Assembly (NCBI RefSeq): GCF_021869535.1
Contig: NW_026262581.1
Coordinates: 97,588,001 to 97,652,000 of the forward strand
DNA: 64,000 nt
Origin: Mytilus californianus
Taxonomy: Eukaryota
Direction of reading: 5' to 3'
The position numbers were made by a program, and so were the translations under genes. Below are positions 57,371 through 64,000 of this stretch, in pieces (within the stretch, counting starts at the first letter, position 1; each line of letters starts with the position of its first letter). Under the pieces are notes generated by a model. The model did no database searches. It was not told where the DNA came from and worked only from the letters and a program-made list of their open reading frames with translations.

Positions 57371-60300
57371 TTATTGAAAGAGCAGAAGCTAAAGATTTAG
57401 TTTTTATTTAATTTTAAGACTTTTCTTTTTTTTTTTTGCATTGCTTTGATATTGTTTATTCTTTTTTTTGTAATTTGAAGTTATTAATATTCTCATAATA
57501 ACGTTAACGGTACCAATGTTACTGCACCAGTAAACTTCATCTTATTTTGATTTTTTTGTTTGTTTCAAAATTCAACTTTTAGTCAGTTTTAATCACAAAT
57601 TCTTTCAAGCTGATAAATGTGCTTAGGGGCATTTGTAACTCATTTGGTTTTTTTGACAGTAAGTAGGCATAACCAATAGGATAATCCCTTACTAAGAACA
57701 TGATTTCATTCATTCTTCACAATTATGAAACACCAAATCCTACAATTTCATTGGTCGAGAGCACTTTGCTATATTCTAATACCTGTTAGCATACAGTCGC
57801 GCTCTTCGAATAAAAGAAAAAAATCATGAAGTAAAGTGCTCTCATTTTCACCACTTTTTCTTCGTTATAGTTTTTCGAAGTTTATATGTTATAGTTATAT
57901 GTAAATAAATGGATGTTTGTTTTGGGTGTAAATGCTTTGGTCGATGCACCTTTCCATGCTTCATGCTAAAAATGTGCGCACGTTTAACGCTTTTGCAACT
58001 ACAGAATGAAGCATTCAATTCATATAACTTCATATTAATGTCAATACCAGGATGTTGACTAGTTATTCAAACTATTTGCTTGTTTTGTTTTAAATATTTC
58101 TACTCATTATTGTTTCGTTGTTAAAAAGACCATGTGAAGTCACGAATGGTGAATTAGGCGGCTTTTTTACAATGTGACGATAAAACGTAGGCTTGACGAA
58201 TCATCCGTAAGGACCGTTTGAGGGATCCTTTATTTTGACATCTGAATTCTTTTTTAAAATATGACATATTTATGTAATCTTTAACAAGGCTGTCATGGGA
58301 CTGAATTCTAAATTTTGAAATCTCCCTAAAATTCAAAGGCATTTGTATCTGTAAAAAATACCCATATACTTATATATTACACAAGGTACCCAACTCGTAT
58401 TTTTTTAAAAATGATACCGGTCACGAACTTCCGTTGTATTTCGATTCCGCGGATGTCTATTGCATGTAATCGAAAATTTTCAGTGTCGATTACTTGAAAA
58501 AATGTAATCAATTACACTCATTTACGATTTCCCATCCCTGGTTCATACACCCGAATTAGATACAGGAATCTAAGAGGGACAAAATCTTTTCTGTTAAGGT
58601 GTTCTAGGCATTTTCAAACTTTTGTTAACTGTTATTTTGAAAATATATGTGCTGTGATTCCTTGCCCGACTTTGACTATACTTTTTTTGTCCGTTTTGGT
58701 TTATAAGCTCTTCATTTTTAATAAGTTTTGGATTTTGAAATATTTTAGACTCGAGCATCACTGAAGAGACATTTATTTTCGAAATGCGGTGCAGAAAAAT
58801 TAGTACCGTAATGTTATTACATGGATCGTGTTAAAAAAAAATGTCAGATTTTGAACTTGCAAAATTGAATACTAATTTAAACCAGCATGTTCATAAACAA
58901 GTCAAAACAACAGTACTTATGGAACAGCATATAAAAAGATGCAATATTGATAATGTCATACAATAGATATAAGAAGATGCGGTATGAGTGCCAATGAGAC
59001 AACTCTCCATCCATGTCAAAATTTATAAAAGTAAACCATTATAGGTCAAAGTACGGTCTTCAATATGGAGCCTTGGCTCACACCGAACAGCAAGCTATAA
59101 AAGGCCCCAAAAATTACAAGTGTAAAACCATTCAAACGGGAGAAATACAAGAATATATTGAAACATTTTTTGATAGGTGGTGCAATATTTTGTCTCTCCT
59201 GTTACTATGTTCAAAAGTTTTAGTGTAAACAATATTGTATTATGAATTATACGAATTACAATATATATGCACATTCACAAATAGGATTCAGAAACAAAAA
59301 ACAAGTGCTTAAGTTTATCTGTCTCCTTGTTAAATTGAAAACAATATACTCAAATAAATCAAAACTACATGCTCTGTTACATAATAAAATATTGATAATG
59401 TCAGTTGAGTTACATAATGAACTGAAAAAGAACAGAAAAATGCAACTAATAAAATGAAATGCTTACAGGTATATTGTGTGAAATATTAGTTTGTAAATCT
59501 TTTAGATTCAAAAGTTTTGAGTTATATAGAAAAGATTTCGATGCAATTTTAAGATTGTTTTTCGTTGCCAATAAGATGGTTTTCAAGAGTAAAAACTTTA
59601 ATATATTTTCATTTTGTGTAATAAAAGATTATTTGTCAATTTTCCATGTTGTACTGAAAAATACATTTAAAACTTGGTTTTCAAAGGTTATAAAAATAAC
59701 CACCAGCAACGTAAATTAAATCTAAGATAGCAATTCACAAAATTCAGCATTTTTGTTTTCTCTTTATAATATCATCAAGTAATTCCCTCGCACGTTGGTT
59801 AACTTTTTTCGTTTTGTTTTTGGTAACATGAAAGTACGTTAACGATATATCACCATATTAAGTTCTACCCTGTTACCCTTTTTTGTCTATCCTGTTACAG
59901 TTATTATTAATGCATTTTGTCAGAAGGCCATTACTTCTGATTTTGTATATGCTAAATTGTGAAAATTAAGACTTTAAATGAGTTCAAACAACTAAACATT
60001 TAATTATGTGTAAAATTATATGTAATTATATACTTTTTAGAGACGTCTCAGTCAAATATTGTCTATCCTATTACTGTAACCATAGTAACCATAGTAACAG
60101 GATAGAAATAACAGGATATATAGACACATTTCTTCATTTATGAATGCTGTTGTGAAATAACTTCTCCCTTTGATGTATTGATAATGTTTGAGATTTGGTT
60201 TCCAACACGTAATTGCACTTTTTACAAGTATAATATTGTTGTAATTAATAATTTTGCTGGTAACAGCATAACCATGATAAAAGTGTACCCACTATTTTTT

Positions 60301-60446
60301 TCACTTAATGTCTTTTTAGGATCCTTTGCGCTTTTGAAATCATCATTGAATAGTTCCATATTATGTGGGAGAAACAATTTAACGGTTGACTCTAGTATCG
60401 GTAACATGATAGACATGCATTTCAAGGAGGTGGGGGTATAGTTTTA

Positions 60447-60728
60447 GGGAGCTACCATTTGATTTTTATGGGGTGGGGGGGCTAGGATGAAAAATTTTGT
60501 CCTGCATTTTTTTTAGTTGTAATCTCTGTCCTGCCTTTTTATTTTTCACTCTATTCGATCCTACCTTTTTTTTATTAGTTTATCCTGACTTTTTTTACAT
60601 AAATTGTCATCCTGCCTTTTTTTTTCCAAGTTGCTCATCCTGCCTTTTTTTTTTAATTCAAAACTCCTGTCCTGCCTTTTTTTTCAAATTTCATCCTAGC
60701 CCCCCATAAAAATCAAATGGTAGCTCCC
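60447..60728. mobile_element. PIF/Harbinger-like MITE (GGGAGCTACCATTTGATTTTT), TTA TSD
   Basis: Perfect TIR, TTA on both sides. A second copy at 46673-47197 carries a nested insertion (about 46845-47095) and long G/C homopolymers. Confidence 0.8.
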
Positions 60729-60774
60729 TTATTCCGTTTTACATATTTTTCATAAGGTCGCAAGTGTCGCATTA

Positions 60775-61900
60775 TTTCTTGCTCACATGTAAACTTTTAT
60801 TTAATGGGAAAAAAATAATTTTCCAAGATATTTTAATCTTATTTTTTTCCATACCTGATACGTCTTTGTCGGGCAATCCTTGATGATCCACGATATGAGA
60901 ATTTGATGATAGCATACGCAATAATAATTAGAATTGCCATTACAAGTAATAACGGATGTCTCCCTCCACCAATTGGCAATAACCGGCAGCCATTTCGAAA
61001 ATTTTAAACGGTCTATGCACATATATGCGTGGCTATACATCTTCTGTAAATTTCCAGAACATTTGGAGCATTTTGAAATTTTACACATTTTTGCTGTTTC
61101 CATGGCAATGGCGGCCATTTTGGAAATTCCAAAGTCAAACGTCTCATCTGTACTTGCTAGTTAACATTTATATTTATTAAATTTCATTAAACGGTTTGAA
61201 GCATTTTGAAATTTTGGACATTTTTGCTGCTTCCATGGTAACGGTGACCATTTCCAAAATTTTAATGACAGATGCCACATTGGTACATGAGAGGGAACAT
61301 ACCATCAAAGTTTCACTGGGTTTGACCTACCATTTTTAATTAAGAGAGGAAATGCTACTTAAAGGTTTTAAGGAGCAGTTTGACTTTTTTTGTATTGTTT
61401 CCATGGTAACGGCAGCCATTTTGGAAATTTCAAAGTCAAAAGCTACATCTATACAGGGCAATTAACATTTCTGTGAAGTTCCATCAAGTTTGGAGCATTT
61501 TTTAATTTTTGAAAATTTTTATGTAGTTTCCATGGCAATATAGTAGTTCCAATGATTGTCAAAATCATCCAAAACCTGTATATAGTGAACAACTGCATTG
61601 TATAAACATTTTTAAAATGGTTTAAAGTTCAGGAATACTCAAATGATTCATCAGACCCCAAATTTTATTTTTTTTTACATTTTTGAGTGCCAAAGTTGCA
61701 CTGCAACTCTAAAGTTGGTGTTCCTCTTTATAGTGAACAATCATTTAGATTGGTTCCATTGGCTCTGAGAAAACTCCCGGACAAAACAGGTGGAATAATA
61801 ATAATAATATTATTAATAATAATAATAATAATAATAATAGTACGGAAAAAGAAGCAGAAGAAAAGCAATATTTTATTCGACATTGTCGATCGGGTGACAT
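60775..61900. mobile_element. Degenerate element with TTTCCATGG(C/T)AACGGC repeats and an (AAT)n tract
   Basis: Repeated CCATGG...GCCATTTTGGAAATT units; (AAT)n at about 61795-61840. Confidence 0.5.
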
Positions 61901-64000
61901 ATATAAAAACAATTATGAATTTTGTCGTTAAACTTACAGTATCATACTTCAAGAATTCCATTAAAATGTTTATGGGGTAAACATATAAAAAAATTCATGC
62001 TTGAATAATTCCGTATCAAATATGTCTAACCATGGTACATAAACAATGTATCGGAAGTAAGTGTACTTTAAATTATTTTTCTTTATTCTCATATATCAAA
62101 TGCGTAATTTATTTGCGATATGCTTAATTTTTTTAAGATATATTTGATTCAGAAAAGAATGCATGTTTACCAGATAAAACATAGATTATCAGTGTTATAT
62201 CGTGGGAATGTAATACATAAAATTGAGAATGGAAATAGGGAATGTGTCAAAAAGACAACAACCCGACCAGAGAGCATAAAACAGCCTAAGACCACCAATG
62301 GGTCTTCAACACAGCGAGAAAACCCCGCACCCGGAGGCGGGCTTCAGCTGGCCCCTAAACAAAAATGTGTACTAGTTCAGTGAAAATGGACGTCACATGT
62401 TCACTTTACGTTAGTTCGTACCTTTCGTTTAATGGCAAAAAAAAGCTTTAATATTAAGATATACACTACACCGTAAACACCACTTTACTGCTGTCTGCCA
62501 ATCACAATGGTGTAACCTATGCAAAACTCATGAAAGATACCATGCTTATAATCTGGTACGCCAGAAGACCGTTTCGTCTACGGTATCTTACAAAACATCT
62601 TATGTCAATTTACTGTTGTATTTGAAATAAAATTTGGATGAGTGAAATGAATTTGGTTGATATGATGAGTGAGTGTCAAACTCCAGTCGAGAGAATCATT
62701 CAGTATTTTTTTGGTGATTCATGTTGTCCTTTTTATGTATTAATTACGACTTTCAAAATGGGTTCTAAAGCCCTTAAGCATGTATCAGCTATGCTTTCAT
62801 ATCGTTATGCATTATTGTCATTACATGCTCATATAGCTACTATGCCGCACTATATAGTGTAAAAATTATTTGTCAATCTTGTTTTTGGGGTCATATACTT
62901 CAGTTGTTCTTAATCTTCTGGATATTTGTGATTCCCAATATATAACTGAACGAAATTTAAGGTTAAACCAATTTTCCAATTCGATTTATTTCACACCAAG
63001 ATGCGGTATTATTGCAAATGAGACAATTCTCCACCAGAGAACAAATGAAGGTAGAAGGTTAGCAACTCTAGGTCATCGTCATTTTCAAAAAGTCTTTCAT
63101 TCTTTACTCAAAATCGCAGTGTCACACCTCTGTTGCACTTATGTGTGTACTTTGAGGTTTCAATGATATTGAAGCTTATTTCGAAACATGGGACTAAGTA
63201 AGTAGCTCAACGCCACAATTTTGACAGAGTTTGCTAATTTTGAGTATGTATCTGAACATTGTTCAAGAACCTTCTTAACCAAAACCGAAATTCTATTAGA
63301 AATAAAGCATAAAATAATCTTTCGGATACTAATTATTTCATATTGTTTATTAAAAGATATTTTTCGATGCAAAATTTTCCAAAGTGTAAAATTTGCAATT
63401 ATATATCAAAATGTCTTGAACAGCAACATGTAGCGCTGAACAAAAATATATATATTTAGATTTTTTGGAAATGTGCCAAATTGTTAAAAGAAATGTATTT
63501 TAGGCAAATGATAGGGACCTTTTTAAATTTAAATTCCAGTAGATTTTGACAGCTTTAAGATTTTGACACAGCGAGGGAATAAAAACAGAAAAAATGGCCG
63601 TACTTCACGTATCTAAATGAAACAAAGCATATACACGGCTACCTACATTAAACACAAAAATAAAGAGACATAGACATAACTATAGACAGTTCTCAGTTCT
63701 CTATCAATCTGGAGGCTTCTATCTGATCTTATTTTATTCTCTATTTAATATCCATGGACAGAAGTTTTTACTCGAAATAATGCCGATCCGTCATTTTTTT
63801 TTTTATTTAACTTGTGTAAAGAGTGTTTATTTTTTGAAAGTTTAAATAATTTTGCAATTTGATTGGTTTTTTTTTTTGTATTTTATTCCTTAACCCTTTT
63901 GTAAAATAAGTTGGGTATTTATATGTATCAAACAATAGTTAAATGATTATGATGATCCAAATGGCTGTTTCAAACCAAAAGGAGAGAATACAAAAAAAGT

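Noticed and set aside
61687-61980. ORFs with poly-Ile/Asn runs
   Set aside because: Translation of an (AAT)n microsatellite in a repeat element.

Overview
AT-rich eukaryotic (animal) genomic DNA. The repeat families look like those of a bivalve mollusc, probably Mytilus; this is recognition from memory, not a database search. I found no prokaryotic features, rRNA, bona fide tRNA or CRISPR. The window is dominated by one minus-strand, multi-exon gene. I traced 27 exons between 50860 and the left edge (about 9.78 kb coding, about 3260 aa). All have AG/GT boundaries and consistent phases, and the gene is open at both ends. It encodes a giant, probably extracellular protein made of at least 7 Gly-rich blocks (GAGHGGxGG..YG..P..GS.GG..GGGSGGSI..GGGGGRI..GGPGT) alternating with beta-strand-rich spacers. 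An F5/8 type C (discoidin) domain is inserted in the middle of one block as a phase-1/phase-1 cassette. The introns are packed with nested transposons. These include a CR1-group LINE split by an 8.24-kb TIR element (10-bp TSD, decayed RecQ-type helicase start, AcademH-like) and a 3-kb TIR element carrying a broken AT-hook/PHD-finger gene. There are also P-like, Tc1-like and Harbinger-like MITEs, tRNA-derived SINEs, and several Helentron/pearl-like elements with about 166-bp internal tandem arrays. Unusual details are tandem duplication of exon end plus splice donor at three introns, two tiny palindromes flanked by 7-bp direct repeats that resemble P-element excision footprints, and a 260-bp foldback. 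No exon was recognised in 50861-64000.
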